Origin: an uncultured Ruminococcus sp.
GTDB taxonomy: Bacteria; Bacillota; Clostridia; Oscillospirales; CAG-272
DNA: 64,000 nt
Assembly (NCBI GenBank): GCA_964463375.1
Contig: CAYXBQ010000005.1
Location: 32,698 to 96,697 of the forward strand
Reading direction: 5' to 3'
Positions 27,652 to 37,332 of the stretch are shown here, piece by piece (position 1 is the stretch's first letter; each line of letters opens with the position of its first letter). The notes under the pieces were generated by a model. It searched no databases. It was not told where the DNA came from and saw nothing but the letters and a program-made list of their open reading frames with translations. The position numbers were made by a program, and so were the translations under genes.

Positions 27652-28557
27652 TCATCGGGAACTGCCGCTTCTATGGAAATAGTCGGTGAGCCGCATTTGG
27701 CAAATCTGTAGGACTGTATCGACATCGTCCACGGTCAGGCCATCGTATATTTCTTGCCGCAGCGAAAACATTCGTGTAGTTTGATCATAGGTGAAGAAAC
27801 CACTTTTGCAAAGTGCGGCTACGGGATTGCGGATCAGGTTGCTTTCGATCTCCTTGTCCGTTGCAGCCGGGTCGGCATACACACAGTTCCCTTTTTCGAC
27901 CGGCAGACCGTTTTGGATCCGTTCTGCATAGTATCTTCTGAAAAAGGCAGCCGCCTCTCGGATCGAGAGCTGTCCGCCGCTTTGCAGGGCTGCTATGATC
28001 AGGATCGGCTTATAGGAGCGTGCCATCGCCATTGTCTGGAAATATCGCAGGAAGGCATCGCTTTCGGCAGTGGCGATGGTGTTGACTGCCTTATGGGAAC
28101 CTGCACGGATCTGTTGTCCCAGGCTTTCGTATAGTTTGCCGATCGACTTTTCTTGAAAATCCAGAGAAAGCATATTGTCATCCAGCCAACAGCTACGCAA
28201 ATAGTTGTTCACACGGATATTGCTGCCACGCATGGTCTTGTCCGCCATAAGGATCTGGTGCTTGTCTTCATAGGTAAGAACGTGCAGGATATAGTAGGGT
28301 ATGGCACGATCGATCTCTCGCAGCAGACGTTTGTCCAACGTTTTGTTGCGTAGCTTGGTCTCAAAAACCTCGATCTCTGGAAAAGCACCAATGCGTTCTA
28401 TACCAAAGGTTTCCCGAGAAAGCTTGTTTCGCCACCAGAGTTCCTGTATCTGCTCCGTATACAGCGTGCGATAGTTTGGCTTTCGGATGGCCCGTAAAAA
28501 GATCATCTTTTGTGGGATCCGGCTATTTACTTCGGTTTGGGCTGGCAGCATGAGCAT
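27652..28557 (-). CDS. Orphan DUF4391-like protein fused to a DUF3427-like winged-helix C-terminal module
   Basis: N-terminal half: LPAQTEVNSRIPQKMIF..., FPEIEVFETKLRNKTLDKRLLREIDRAIPYYILHVLTYEDKHQILMADK..., matching the remembered DUF4391 pattern. C-terminal half: ARSYKPILIIAALQSGGQLSIREAAAFFRRYYAERI...ICQMRLTDYFHR. SD agagga lies 7 nt upstream. Confidence 0.55.
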   Translation of the reverse strand: MLMLPAQTEVNSRIPQKMIFLRAIRKPNYRTLYTEQIQELWWRNKLSRETFGIERIGAFPEIEVFETKLRNKTLDKRLLREIDRAIPYYILHVLTYEDKHQILMADKTMRGSNIRVNNYLRSCWLDDNMLSLDFQEKSIGKLYESLGQQIRAGSHKAVNTIATAESDAFLRYFQTMAMARSYKPILIIAALQSGGQLSIREAAAFFRRYYAERIQNGLPVEKGNCVYADPAATDKEIESNLIRNPVAALCKSGFFTYDQTTRMFSLRQEIYDGLTVDDVDTVLQICQMRLTDYFHRSGSSR

Positions 28558-28648
28558 ATGGTCGTCCTCTTTTACAAAATATAGGATATCTTATATTATT
28601 GTAACATAATGGATCGCATTTTGCAATAGGATGCAAAAAAATGCAACC

Positions 28649-30688
28649 TCATGCCATATGGCTATCCACATGGATCCCGTCTGCTGTGCGCTGTACCGAT
28701 ACGGTGAGCTTGCCCTGCGGCGTGGTGATAAAGCCTTTGGCATACTGCATGTTGGCGGGAAGCTGGGGATGGATCTCGTATTTTGCAAAGTCGGGGGTCA
28801 GGGGCTTGATCCCTAAGATGCCGGAGAACAGCTGTCTTGCCGGGGCACCAAACATGGGATGGCAGTGGGAGCCGTACAACCAATGTTCCCAGATCGTAGT
28901 GGCACCGTGTCGTTTCATGTACAGGTAGGAGCCGGGGCCATCGTTTTCCATGAGCTTTCCGAACACATCGGCGTGACCCGTGGCAAACAGCAGGTCACAG
29001 AGAATATCGGTGGCGAGAAAACCAGTATCAAAATGGCCGAGCGTATCATAATAGGCTACGCATTCGTCGGCATTGACAAGTCCCAGCGATGCACCGTAGA
29101 CCAGTCTGCCCTGCCCTTTTTCGTAGTCCCCAGAGAAATAGGTGGCTTTGATCGCTGCCAATGTATCAGCCTCCAGCTGGCCATAGGCGTAGGTCTCTCC
29201 CAGCGCGTCGGCGATCTCGTGCAGCATTTCTAAGGATTTTACCAGATAATAGCTGTTCACCAACGGTTCCGGGATGGTGCATTTTTCCAGCGTACACCAG
29301 TCGCCGAGGCACCAGCCGCCTTCTTCCTCCCGTACGACCAGCCCATTCTCACTGTGTGCCAACAGGTAGCCGATCCATTTTTGCATGGCTGGGTAGGCTT
29401 TTCGCAGGATGTCGGTGTCGCCAAAGGTCTTCCAGTACTGATACGGAACGATGATCACGGCACAGCCCCAGCCGCCAGGGCCGCCACCACCGCCCATGAA
29501 CGGTGCCGTATGCTGGATATGTCCGGAATCCGGATCCTGACAGTCTAAGATATCCTGGATCCATTTGCGGTAGAAGGCACGGCTGTCCAGCAGGAGCATG
29601 GCGGTCTGGGCTGTGATCTGGCCATCGCCGGTGTAGCCCAGTCGTTCTCTGTGAGGACAGTCGGAGGGAAAGCTGCCGTGCATATTGTCCAGCTCGGTGC
29701 GGATGTACGCATCAAAGAGGAAATTGCAGCCTTCGCTGTCCGACTCGAACCCGGCGGTCACAGCCACATCGGCATGGACGACCACGACTTCTGCTTCGGC
29801 AAATTCTCCGTCGATATCGAAATAGCGGAAGCAGTGCCACACGAATTTGGGCTCGAAGATGCGTTCTGTGCCGTCGCACACGAAGGTATCGGTCATGATC
29901 TGCGGTTTACCGGTGGAACAGGTGTAGCCGGCACCGGTGGAGGCAAAGTCGAGAGCACCATCTTTTTGTTCTTCGGCAAAACGGAGGGTGATCTTTCCCG
30001 TATAACCAGGCTTGGTTTTGATCCGCACATAGCCGCTGATATTTTCCCCTGCATCGTAGATATTGCCGCATGGCTTGGGTACAATGGTTCGAATGATCCG
30101 GTCCGGTGCGCCGATCTCCGGGCACAGGAGGGAATTGGGAGCCGGCAGAAGCATTACAGGGTGGGTCTCTATGGAAACGGTCGGGTCGATGATCTCGCCA
30201 ATGAACAGGTTGGAGTAGACGATCTCGCTGTTTTGCCAGGTCTCGCTGCCGTCGGAGACGATGGTGTGGTCGGGCCATGCAAGGGCATACAGGCACTTCA
30301 CCCGGTCGCCAAAGGACATCTCTCCCTCGGCGATCCGTTCCTCCTGCACATACCAACCGCCACCCAGCTGGATCTCCAACAGGTTTTCGCCATCCTGCAG
30401 CAGGTCGGTCAAATCGAAGGTTTTGTAGTAGATGCGATGGGTGAAATGGTCGTGGCAGGGGTAGGTGATCTTCTGAAATGTACGGGGTTCATAATCGGTG
30501 GGGTTTGGGGAGAGTAGATCCTGACCCAGCTTTTGGCCGTTCAGTCTGGCCTCAAAATAGCCTAAGCCTGTGATGTACAGGGTGACAGCTTCGTTTTTGT
30601 TGGCGTGGAATTTGCGCTGGATGATGGGGGAGGCACAGGGGGTGTTTGGTGCGATCCAATGGGCGGTTTGTAAAAGATGCAGTGACAT
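28649..30688 (-). CDS. GH78-like alpha-L-rhamnosidase
   Basis: LYITGLGYFEARLNGQKLGQDLLSPNPTDY and SDCPHRERLGYTGDGQITAQ (DCPxRE-x-GWTGD motif), six-hairpin domain. The ATG lies 4 nt after the SBP stop. Confidence 0.75.
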   Translation of the reverse strand: MSLHLLQTAHWIAPNTPCASPIIQRKFHANKNEAVTLYITGLGYFEARLNGQKLGQDLLSPNPTDYEPRTFQKITYPCHDHFTHRIYYKTFDLTDLLQDGENLLEIQLGGGWYVQEERIAEGEMSFGDRVKCLYALAWPDHTIVSDGSETWQNSEIVYSNLFIGEIIDPTVSIETHPVMLLPAPNSLLCPEIGAPDRIIRTIVPKPCGNIYDAGENISGYVRIKTKPGYTGKITLRFAEEQKDGALDFASTGAGYTCSTGKPQIMTDTFVCDGTERIFEPKFVWHCFRYFDIDGEFAEAEVVVVHADVAVTAGFESDSEGCNFLFDAYIRTELDNMHGSFPSDCPHRERLGYTGDGQITAQTAMLLLDSRAFYRKWIQDILDCQDPDSGHIQHTAPFMGGGGGPGGWGCAVIIVPYQYWKTFGDTDILRKAYPAMQKWIGYLLAHSENGLVVREEEGGWCLGDWCTLEKCTIPEPLVNSYYLVKSLEMLHEIADALGETYAYGQLEADTLAAIKATYFSGDYEKGQGRLVYGASLGLVNADECVAYYDTLGHFDTGFLATDILCDLLFATGHADVFGKLMENDGPGSYLYMKRHGATTIWEHWLYGSHCHPMFGAPARQLFSGILGIKPLTPDFAKYEIHPQLPANMQYAKGFITTPQGKLTVSVQRTADGIHVDSHMA

Positions 30689-30692
30689 AGTG

Positions 30693-32114
30693 TTAGTTTT
30701 CCTTTATGTATTCGATCAAGGTTTGTAAGCCGGCTTCGTAGGAGGACTGCTTGGAGGCCCAGGCGGAGGCAATGTCGGGATCGTCGTTCTTCACCATATC
30801 CAGGAAGGAACCCAGACCGTTCAGGGCGACGGAATAGATGAAGCCAAAGTCGAACCAGATGCTGTCCCGTACGATATTGAGCATGCCTTCGCTTTCGGTA
30901 TCTCGGGCGTATTTGTATTTGAGCACAGTGTCATAATATTTCGGGATCACAAGCTCGTTGCTGGTGCGACAAAGGGCATCGAGGATAAGGCCGGAGTAGG
31001 CCAGATCCTGTGTAGAGGCGGGGATGCAGAATACGGAAAGGTCGTCCACTACAGTTGTGTAATACCGATCTTGGTTGGCATCGTATTTGGGAAACGGGAC
31101 CATACCAAAGTCCGTATCGCTCTCCCGCATCAGCTCGGCATACCGCAGCGGTGCCTGGAAGAAAAGTGCTCTATTTTCTGTAAAGATCTTTTGATCCACA
31201 TCGGGTGTAAACTGCTTGGCTTCATGGGTGGGATTCAAAAAATCGTACAGCTTGGCATAGGTGTCGATCATGCGCTCGGAATACAGGCTCAGCACCGGGT
31301 ACCCATCGTTGTCAAAGGTACAATAGGAGATCCCCAGATAGGAGGCCAGGTCACGGATGTTGTAGAAGATCATGCCCCAGCGATCCTCTTCGTTGTAGGT
31401 ATTGTTCTGGTCTACATCATAGGAAACCGCTGCACATGCCTGCCGCATGGTATCGAAATACCAGGTGTCGTTCAGCACAAGGTCGTAGGGGGAATCCAGA
31501 TTGTAGTCACTTATGAGAGAGCGGTTGAAGAACACGACCTCCAGGTTTTCCCACATGGTCAGAGATGCATCGCCCAGGCAAAAGTACATTTTTCCACCGA
31601 TCGCCACGTTGTCATGGAAACCGGCATACCACCATGGCGAGGAGAAATCGATATCGGAGGTGTACAGGTCGGTGAGGCAGTCCTGTGTGATCAGGGAGGT
31701 GATGTAGGCATTGTAGCCTGCCACCAGGTCATAGGCATCGTCACCGGCGACGACTGCTGCGGTGATCAGCTCGGTAAAGGTACTGCGATCCGACCAGGTA
31801 CCGGCGGCCGTGATGGGCTGGATAGATACGCCATATTCGTTTTCGACCGTCAGATTTCGTTCCCAGACGGCATCATCGACCAGATCCCCAGAAGATTCTG
31901 TGATGTCGAATTCATACGAACGATCTGTCCGGCACAGGATACGGTAGGCACGGCCTTCGAAATCGTATTGCGGGGCAGGTTCTTCGGCAGTCTCTTGGTT
32001 GGCATTTTCCGTGGTTTCGCTTTCCGGTACCGTTGTCTCCGGTGTATCCGGGCTACAGGCTGCCAGAGAAGCCAACATACTAATCACGAGGAAAAGTGCT
32101 ATAGATCGTTTCAT
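30693..32114 (-). CDS. Extracellular solute-binding lipoprotein (paralogue of 12543-14042)
   Basis: ATG at 32114 after ggaggtaataaaa. Lipobox FLVISMLASLAAC|SPD. Confidence 0.75.
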   Translation of the reverse strand: MKRSIALFLVISMLASLAACSPDTPETTVPESETTENANQETAEEPAPQYDFEGRAYRILCRTDRSYEFDITESSGDLVDDAVWERNLTVENEYGVSIQPITAAGTWSDRSTFTELITAAVVAGDDAYDLVAGYNAYITSLITQDCLTDLYTSDIDFSSPWWYAGFHDNVAIGGKMYFCLGDASLTMWENLEVVFFNRSLISDYNLDSPYDLVLNDTWYFDTMRQACAAVSYDVDQNNTYNEEDRWGMIFYNIRDLASYLGISYCTFDNDGYPVLSLYSERMIDTYAKLYDFLNPTHEAKQFTPDVDQKIFTENRALFFQAPLRYAELMRESDTDFGMVPFPKYDANQDRYYTTVVDDLSVFCIPASTQDLAYSGLILDALCRTSNELVIPKYYDTVLKYKYARDTESEGMLNIVRDSIWFDFGFIYSVALNGLGSFLDMVKNDDPDIASAWASKQSSYEAGLQTLIEYIKEN

Positions 32115-32224
32115 TTTTATTACCTCCTGGTAAATTTTTTCCTTCATTATAGCATGTCTTGCAGCGATATGCTATAATATATCTATCGAGCAATAGGACA
32201 AATCTATCATGGTGGAGGATACAT

Positions 32225-33097
32225 ATGGCGATACACAGCAGCATTGCGCTTCCCTTTGGAGGCAAAAATGAAGACGATTTTGATCTGACCCTGCAGCGAT
32301 GCGATACCGATCATGAAACAGCTTGCCCGCTGCATTGGCATGACTGCTTTGAGATCATCTATGTGCGATCCGGTGTATTTCATGTGGTGCTTGGCGACAA
32401 AGAGTTTGTGCTTACGGAAGAGGATATTGCCGTGATCCCGCCCCGGACGATCCATGCGACCAGCAGCGGTATGGGAGAACGCTTTGATTCCATTGTATAT
32501 GGATATACCGAATCGCTGCTGTACACGCCGGATCTATCGATCTCCAATCTGCAATACCTGGCGCCATTTCGAAAGCTGCGCCCCTATGCGGATTACATTT
32601 TGCGTGGGGACAGTGCGTCGGTCGTACAGCTACGGGATCTGCTTCGGCAGGGAGCGGAGATCTATGAAAGCCATGATGCCATGCGTGTATTGAATATGCG
32701 GATCAATATATTATCCGTCCATGCCCTGCTCTATTCGATCTATGCATTCACGTCGCAGGATGCCCATTTGTCCTCGTATTTGATCGACACGCAGAACTAT
32801 ATTGAAAAGCATTTACCTGACGATATTTCGCCCTATACTATTGCCCGGGAGATCCACATCAGCTACAGCCATTTGGCCCGCGTGGTACAAGCAGAGATGG
32901 GCATGACGATCTCGGAGCTGATCACCTCCATGCGGATCAATTCTGCAGAGCAGATCTTCATGGAGCATCCGACCATTTCTGTAACGGAATGTGCGTTGGC
33001 TGTGGGATTTTCAGACGTGAGTTATTTTATCAAGCAGTTTCGCAAGCACAAGGGGATGAATCCACGGAGCTTTTTGAAGATGATACAGAAGATATGA
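32225..33097 (+). CDS. AraC-family transcriptional regulator (cupin sensor plus HTH)
   Basis: ATG at 32225 after ggtggagg. Cupin HWHDCFEIIYVRSG. C-terminal AraC HTH ...ECALAVGFSDVSYFIKQFRKHKGMNPRSF. Divergent from the SBP-GH78 operon. Confidence 0.85.
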   Translation: MAIHSSIALPFGGKNEDDFDLTLQRCDTDHETACPLHWHDCFEIIYVRSGVFHVVLGDKEFVLTEEDIAVIPPRTIHATSSGMGERFDSIVYGYTESLLYTPDLSISNLQYLAPFRKLRPYADYILRGDSASVVQLRDLLRQGAEIYESHDAMRVLNMRINILSVHALLYSIYAFTSQDAHLSSYLIDTQNYIEKHLPDDISPYTIAREIHISYSHLARVVQAEMGMTISELITSMRINSAEQIFMEHPTISVTECALAVGFSDVSYFIKQFRKHKGMNPRSFLKMIQKI

Positions 33098-33261
33098 TAT
33101 AGGAAACGAGATGTCCATACAAAGGTTTTCGGTGGGTTCCAACCAGAAAAAACAGAATTTCCCATTCATAAGTCAGTCACAATAGGTTCATAATATGACC
33201 AGAGAACAGAGCAATCGGTTCTCGAAAACAAAATTCACACAAAAGAATGGAGAAAACAAGT

Positions 33262-33465
33262 ATGGCACAGAAGACAAACAAGATCGTAGTTCCGGAAGCG
33301 AAGGCTGCTATGGAGCAGTTCAAGATGCAGGCGGCCAACGAAGTCGGCGTGCAGCTGAATCAGGGTTACAACGGTCAGCTCACCAGCCGTGAGGCCGGGT
33401 CTATCGGTGGTCAGATGGTCCGGAAGATGATCGAGTCCTACGAAAACACCATGAGTGCCAAGTGA
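33262..33465 (+). CDS. Alpha/beta-type small acid-soluble spore protein
   Basis: MAQKTNKIVVPEAKAAMEQFKMQAANEVGV...GQLTSREAGSIGGQMVRKMIE is the canonical SASP signature. Confidence 0.9.
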   Translation: MAQKTNKIVVPEAKAAMEQFKMQAANEVGVQLNQGYNGQLTSREAGSIGGQMVRKMIESYENTMSAK

Positions 33466-33518
33466 TCTCCCGCAATCCCATGTGAGCGCTGATCTGTACC
33501 GGTCGGCGTGAGCCATCG

Positions 33519-33566
33519 AAAAAGCAGACTGCTCTTCCCTTTCCGGGGAGAACAATCTGCTTTTTA
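33519..33566. terminator. Bidirectional terminator between the SASP gene and the end of the AKR operon
   Basis: aaaagcagact...aatctgcttttt imperfect hairpin flanked by A-run and T-run. Confidence 0.55.
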
Positions 33567-33575
33567 CTTATAAAA

Positions 33576-34448
33576 TTATTTTTCTTCCAGTGCGTCTGCC
33601 GGGGCTTCTTCCGGATAGAAACCGCTGAAGCCGGTCTCTTCCATGGCGTCGATGGTCTTGATGTCTTCCGGACGCAGATTGAAGCCGAACACATGCATAT
33701 TTTCCACGATCCGGGTCTGCGTGACAGACTTCGGCAGGGGCAACAGTCCCTTTTCCAGTGCATAGCGGATGCAGAGCTGTGCCGGAGAGCAGTCGTGCCA
33801 TCTGGCGATCTCGTCGATCATGGGGTTGGCCAGCAGACGACCGCAGCCCAGTGGGCTCCATGCTTCCACTAAGATATTGTTGGCTTTGCAATATTCTACC
33901 ACTTCGTTTTGGGTGTAGCCGGGGTGGAACTCGATCTGGTTCACCATGGGCAGGATCTCGGCGGTCTTTTTCAGGGCTTCCAGGTGAGAAGGCAGGAAGT
34001 TGGATACGCCAATGGCACGGATCTTGCCGTCCTTATACAGCTTTTCAAACCCTCTCCAGGTATCGGCGTTGATCTCTTCCCAATTCTCAGCGACTTTGGC
34101 AACGGCCGGCCAGTGGATCAGATACAGGTCGATATAATCCACGCCCAGCGCACGGAGTGAATCGTCACAGGCTTCGATGGTCTTGTTGTACCCTCTGTGG
34201 GTGATCCAATGCTTAGTCGTCAGAAAGATCTGCTCTCTCTGTACGCCAGAGGCACGGATGCCTTCGCCTACGCTGAATTCATTGCCATAGGCTGCGGCGG
34301 TATCGATGTGGCGGTATCCCTGCTGCAGGGCGTAGCTTACGCAGCTCGTGGCTACGTCTGCCGGGGTTTGCCAGGTACCATAGCCAAGGCAGGGAATGTG
34401 TACGCCATTGGCGAGGGTATAGGTATCGGTTGCAGATTTCATCATCAT
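33576..34448 (-). CDS. Aldo/keto reductase
   Basis: LGYGTWQ, YRHIDTAAAYGNE, IFLTTKHW, DYIDLYLIHWP. Confidence 0.85.
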   Translation of the reverse strand: MMMKSATDTYTLANGVHIPCLGYGTWQTPADVATSCVSYALQQGYRHIDTAAAYGNEFSVGEGIRASGVQREQIFLTTKHWITHRGYNKTIEACDDSLRALGVDYIDLYLIHWPAVAKVAENWEEINADTWRGFEKLYKDGKIRAIGVSNFLPSHLEALKKTAEILPMVNQIEFHPGYTQNEVVEYCKANNILVEAWSPLGCGRLLANPMIDEIARWHDCSPAQLCIRYALEKGLLPLPKSVTQTRIVENMHVFGFNLRPEDIKTIDAMEETGFSGFYPEEAPADALEEK

Positions 34449-34483
34449 AATAGGTTCTTTGCTCCTTTGCTATGTTGTCTGGT

Positions 34484-35242
34484 TTAGTCCAAACCAATGG
34501 AACGGAGGTAGTCGTAGCTCTTCTTCAGGCAGTCGAAGGGGTCTTCCCCGTTGCAGTTGTCCTGTTCTACATAGGCATACTGGGACCCGGCATCGACGAA
34601 AGCGGCTGCGATCTTTTCAAAGTTCAGCACATTGCCGCCGCCGACCCAGGACATTTTCCGGTCGTTTCCGTCCACGAACATATCCTTGAAGTGTACGCAG
34701 GGCAGTCTTCCTTGCAGGCGCTTGATCTCCTCCAGAGGTTCGTAGCCACCGTACTTCACCCAATAGGTATCCAGTGTGAAGCCCATGATGTCGGCCGGGA
34801 ACGCATCTGCTAAGTTTTCCATCACGGTACGACCATCGGCACATTTGCTTTCATATTCCCAGTTGTGGTTGTGGTACATGAACAGCTTGCCGGCTTCCCG
34901 AATCTTCTTGGCAGCCGGGGTGGCTTCTTCCACGAACTTCGGCAGACCTTCTACGCCGCCAAAGAAACCGCCGATCCCGATGTAGTTGCAGCCGAAAGCA
35001 GAATGCTCTGCGATCACGGCATCGGTTTCGTTCACAATGCGGTTGTAGTTGTAGTGGGTGATCCCGCAGGTCAGGCCGTTCTTTTTCAGCTGTTCGCCGA
35101 GCCAGGCCGGATCATAGGCGCAGGTACCGGAGATCTGCACGGTGGTGTAGCCGATATCTGCCACTCTTTTTAGGCTTTCTGCAAAATCGTCCAGGTTCGT
35201 ACAGAAATCCCGGATGGTATAAAACTGAGCACCGATTTTCAT
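34484..35242 (-). CDS. Sugar phosphate isomerase/epimerase (TIM barrel)
   Basis: 252 aa. MKIGAQFYTIRDFC..., LFMYHNHNWEYE, HFKDM. Confidence 0.7.
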   Translation of the reverse strand: MKIGAQFYTIRDFCTNLDDFAESLKRVADIGYTTVQISGTCAYDPAWLGEQLKKNGLTCGITHYNYNRIVNETDAVIAEHSAFGCNYIGIGGFFGGVEGLPKFVEEATPAAKKIREAGKLFMYHNHNWEYESKCADGRTVMENLADAFPADIMGFTLDTYWVKYGGYEPLEEIKRLQGRLPCVHFKDMFVDGNDRKMSWVGGGNVLNFEKIAAAFVDAGSQYAYVEQDNCNGEDPFDCLKKSYDYLRSIGLD

Positions 35243-35262
35243 TTTCGTTTATCCTTTCTGCG

Positions 35263-36174
35263 TTAGAAGATTTCGCTTTCTTCCTGCCACTCCATATAGG
35301 GCTTTCCGTCCGCATCGAAACGCACTTCCAGCACCACATAGGTGGAGGTAAAATATTTGTCGCCACTGCCGCCCCAGCGATCTCCGACATAGTAGATCTT
35401 GCCGTCTACTTCCAGCATAAAAGCGCTTTGGGACAGGTATGTGGTCTCGTCACCGATATTTTGTAGGGGCGTCCAGCGTCCGTCCAGGCGTGTGGCTTTC
35501 GACCACTTGGCCTGGTTGGGAGCCCAACCGGTACAGTAGGAGGAGATCATATAGTATTCGCCATTGTGGGTAAACAGTGCAGGCGCTTCCCGGAATTCAT
35601 GTTGGAACAGGGTGCGTACGTGTTCATCCACATTGAGGCAATCCTCGGTCAGACGATAGATATGCAGGTCGGCATTGTCTCTGGCGGCAGAGATGAAATA
35701 GGTATCCCCCACTGCATCTGTGAACAGTGTGCAGTCACGGGACATGTGGCCATAGGGATTGAAGCTGCCATGGTAGGTGAAGCCACCGTCCGGTCTATCG
35801 GAGGAAGCGATACAGCAGCGGGCATCCAGGTAGTTCACGCCGTTTTCGTAATGGGCCCACAGTACGAACTTGCCGGTCTTGGCGCAGTACACCGCCTTGG
35901 GACGCTCGATATTCACTTTTCCGTTCGCGGCATCCGGATTGGAGAGTTTTAGATCGAACCGGCCGTCGGTATAAGCTGTGGGGGTCTCTGTGGTCAAGAT
36001 ATGGGAGCAGAACTGCCAGTTCTTGAGATCTTTACTTTTGTAGCAGGAAACGTAGATATTGTCTCTGCGGTCTTCGCCGTACCAATAGAACCAGCCGGCA
36101 TGGTGCAGCATATGGCCGCCGTGGGCATGGATCACGTTTCCGTCGATGTCATAATAAGGGGCACCGTTGCGCAT
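35263..36174 (-). CDS. GH43 five-bladed propeller, subfamily-24-like (exo-beta-1,3-galactanase-like)
   Basis: IHAHGGHMLHHAGWFYWYGE, ERPKAVYCAKTGKFVLWAH, SRDCTLFTD, REAPALFTHNGEYYMISSYCTGWAPN, YVGDRW. Confidence 0.65.
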   Translation of the reverse strand: MRNGAPYYDIDGNVIHAHGGHMLHHAGWFYWYGEDRRDNIYVSCYKSKDLKNWQFCSHILTTETPTAYTDGRFDLKLSNPDAANGKVNIERPKAVYCAKTGKFVLWAHYENGVNYLDARCCIASSDRPDGGFTYHGSFNPYGHMSRDCTLFTDAVGDTYFISAARDNADLHIYRLTEDCLNVDEHVRTLFQHEFREAPALFTHNGEYYMISSYCTGWAPNQAKWSKATRLDGRWTPLQNIGDETTYLSQSAFMLEVDGKIYYVGDRWGGSGDKYFTSTYVVLEVRFDADGKPYMEWQEESEIF

Positions 36175-36183
36175 GGGTATACC

Positions 36184-37332
36184 TCACTTTGCTTCATGGG
36201 TGTCTGCATCGGATTGTTCCGGTGTCGGATAGACGGCGTTTCGCACATCTGCTTCGGTAATCCGCATCAGGTCGTCCTTGGTGACTGTTTCCAGCGCAGC
36301 GACCCGATTGGCTTGGGTCGTGAGGATCTTCTCAAAGGTATTGCGCACACCACGGGCATTGCCGAATTCGCCGGCTGCTTCCGACACAGCGGTGAAATAT
36401 TCTGTGAGCACAATCTTGGCTGCCTCGTCTAAAACATAGCAGCTCTTTTCACATTGGAGAGCAAAGATCCCCGTCATTTCTGCGGCGGTATAGTCGTCGA
36501 AATGGATGTACTTATTGAAGCGGGAGCGCAGGCCGGGGTTGGAATCCACGAAATCTTCCATCAGCTCCGTATACCCTGCCACGATGACCACCAGATCGTC
36601 TCGGTTGTCCTCCATGGCTTTCAGAATGGTATCTACCGCTTCATAGCCAAAATCGTTTTCGGATTTGGAGGTCAGCGTGTATGCTTCATCGATAAAGAGC
36701 ACGCCGCCCATAGCTTCTTCGGTGACCTTAGCGGTTTTGATGGCCGTTTGTCCGATGTATCCTGCCACCAGCCCACTGCGATCCACTTCCACCAAATGAC
36801 CCTTAGACAGCAGATCCAGAGAGTGGTACACCCTTGCCATCAGGCGGGCGATCATGGTCTTGCCGGTGCCGGGGTTGCCGGAGAACACCATATGCAGAGA
36901 CATATCGGCGGTAGGCAGATCGTGGTCCCGGCGCATTTTGTACACCGTTGCCATATTGATCAGATCCCGCACTTCCCGCTTGACGCTTTCCAGCCCGATG
37001 TAGCTATCCAGTTCTTTTTTCAGATCCTCGATATTTTCCTTCGGCGGCAGTTCCTCTTCCGTTTGGGTCACTTCGCCGTCCCCTGCATCGGCTGCCTTGG
37101 TTTTCGGCGGTTCCTGGGTCTGGGTCGGTTGTATGGGCTGCTTGGCTGTCGATCCTGCTGCCGGTACTGCCGGTCGATCGGGCTTTTGTGTCTGACCGAC
37201 TGTGGGTCGTTCTGTTGCAGTTTTCGATGTGCCCCAGATATCATCGCTCAGGCGTTTGATATTGTTCTGGGTCATCTGCTTGATCAGATCCAGCTGCATG
37301 GCGATGATCTCGTCTCGCTTATCGGGAGCCAT
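36184..37332 (-). CDS. AAA+ ATPase of the SpoVK/CbbX type with a disordered Pro/Thr/Gln-rich N-terminus
   Basis: YIGLESVKREVRDLINMATVYKMRR, Walker A GNPGTGKT, Walker B VLFIDEAY, then DLVVIVAGY...NPGLRSRF. The ATG directly abuts the fucU stop (taaatg). Confidence 0.8.
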   Translation of the reverse strand: MAPDKRDEIIAMQLDLIKQMTQNNIKRLSDDIWGTSKTATERPTVGQTQKPDRPAVPAAGSTAKQPIQPTQTQEPPKTKAADAGDGEVTQTEEELPPKENIEDLKKELDSYIGLESVKREVRDLINMATVYKMRRDHDLPTADMSLHMVFSGNPGTGKTMIARLMARVYHSLDLLSKGHLVEVDRSGLVAGYIGQTAIKTAKVTEEAMGGVLFIDEAYTLTSKSENDFGYEAVDTILKAMEDNRDDLVVIVAGYTELMEDFVDSNPGLRSRFNKYIHFDDYTAAEMTGIFALQCEKSCYVLDEAAKIVLTEYFTAVSEAAGEFGNARGVRNTFEKILTTQANRVAALETVTKDDLMRITEADVRNAVYPTPEQSDADTHEAK

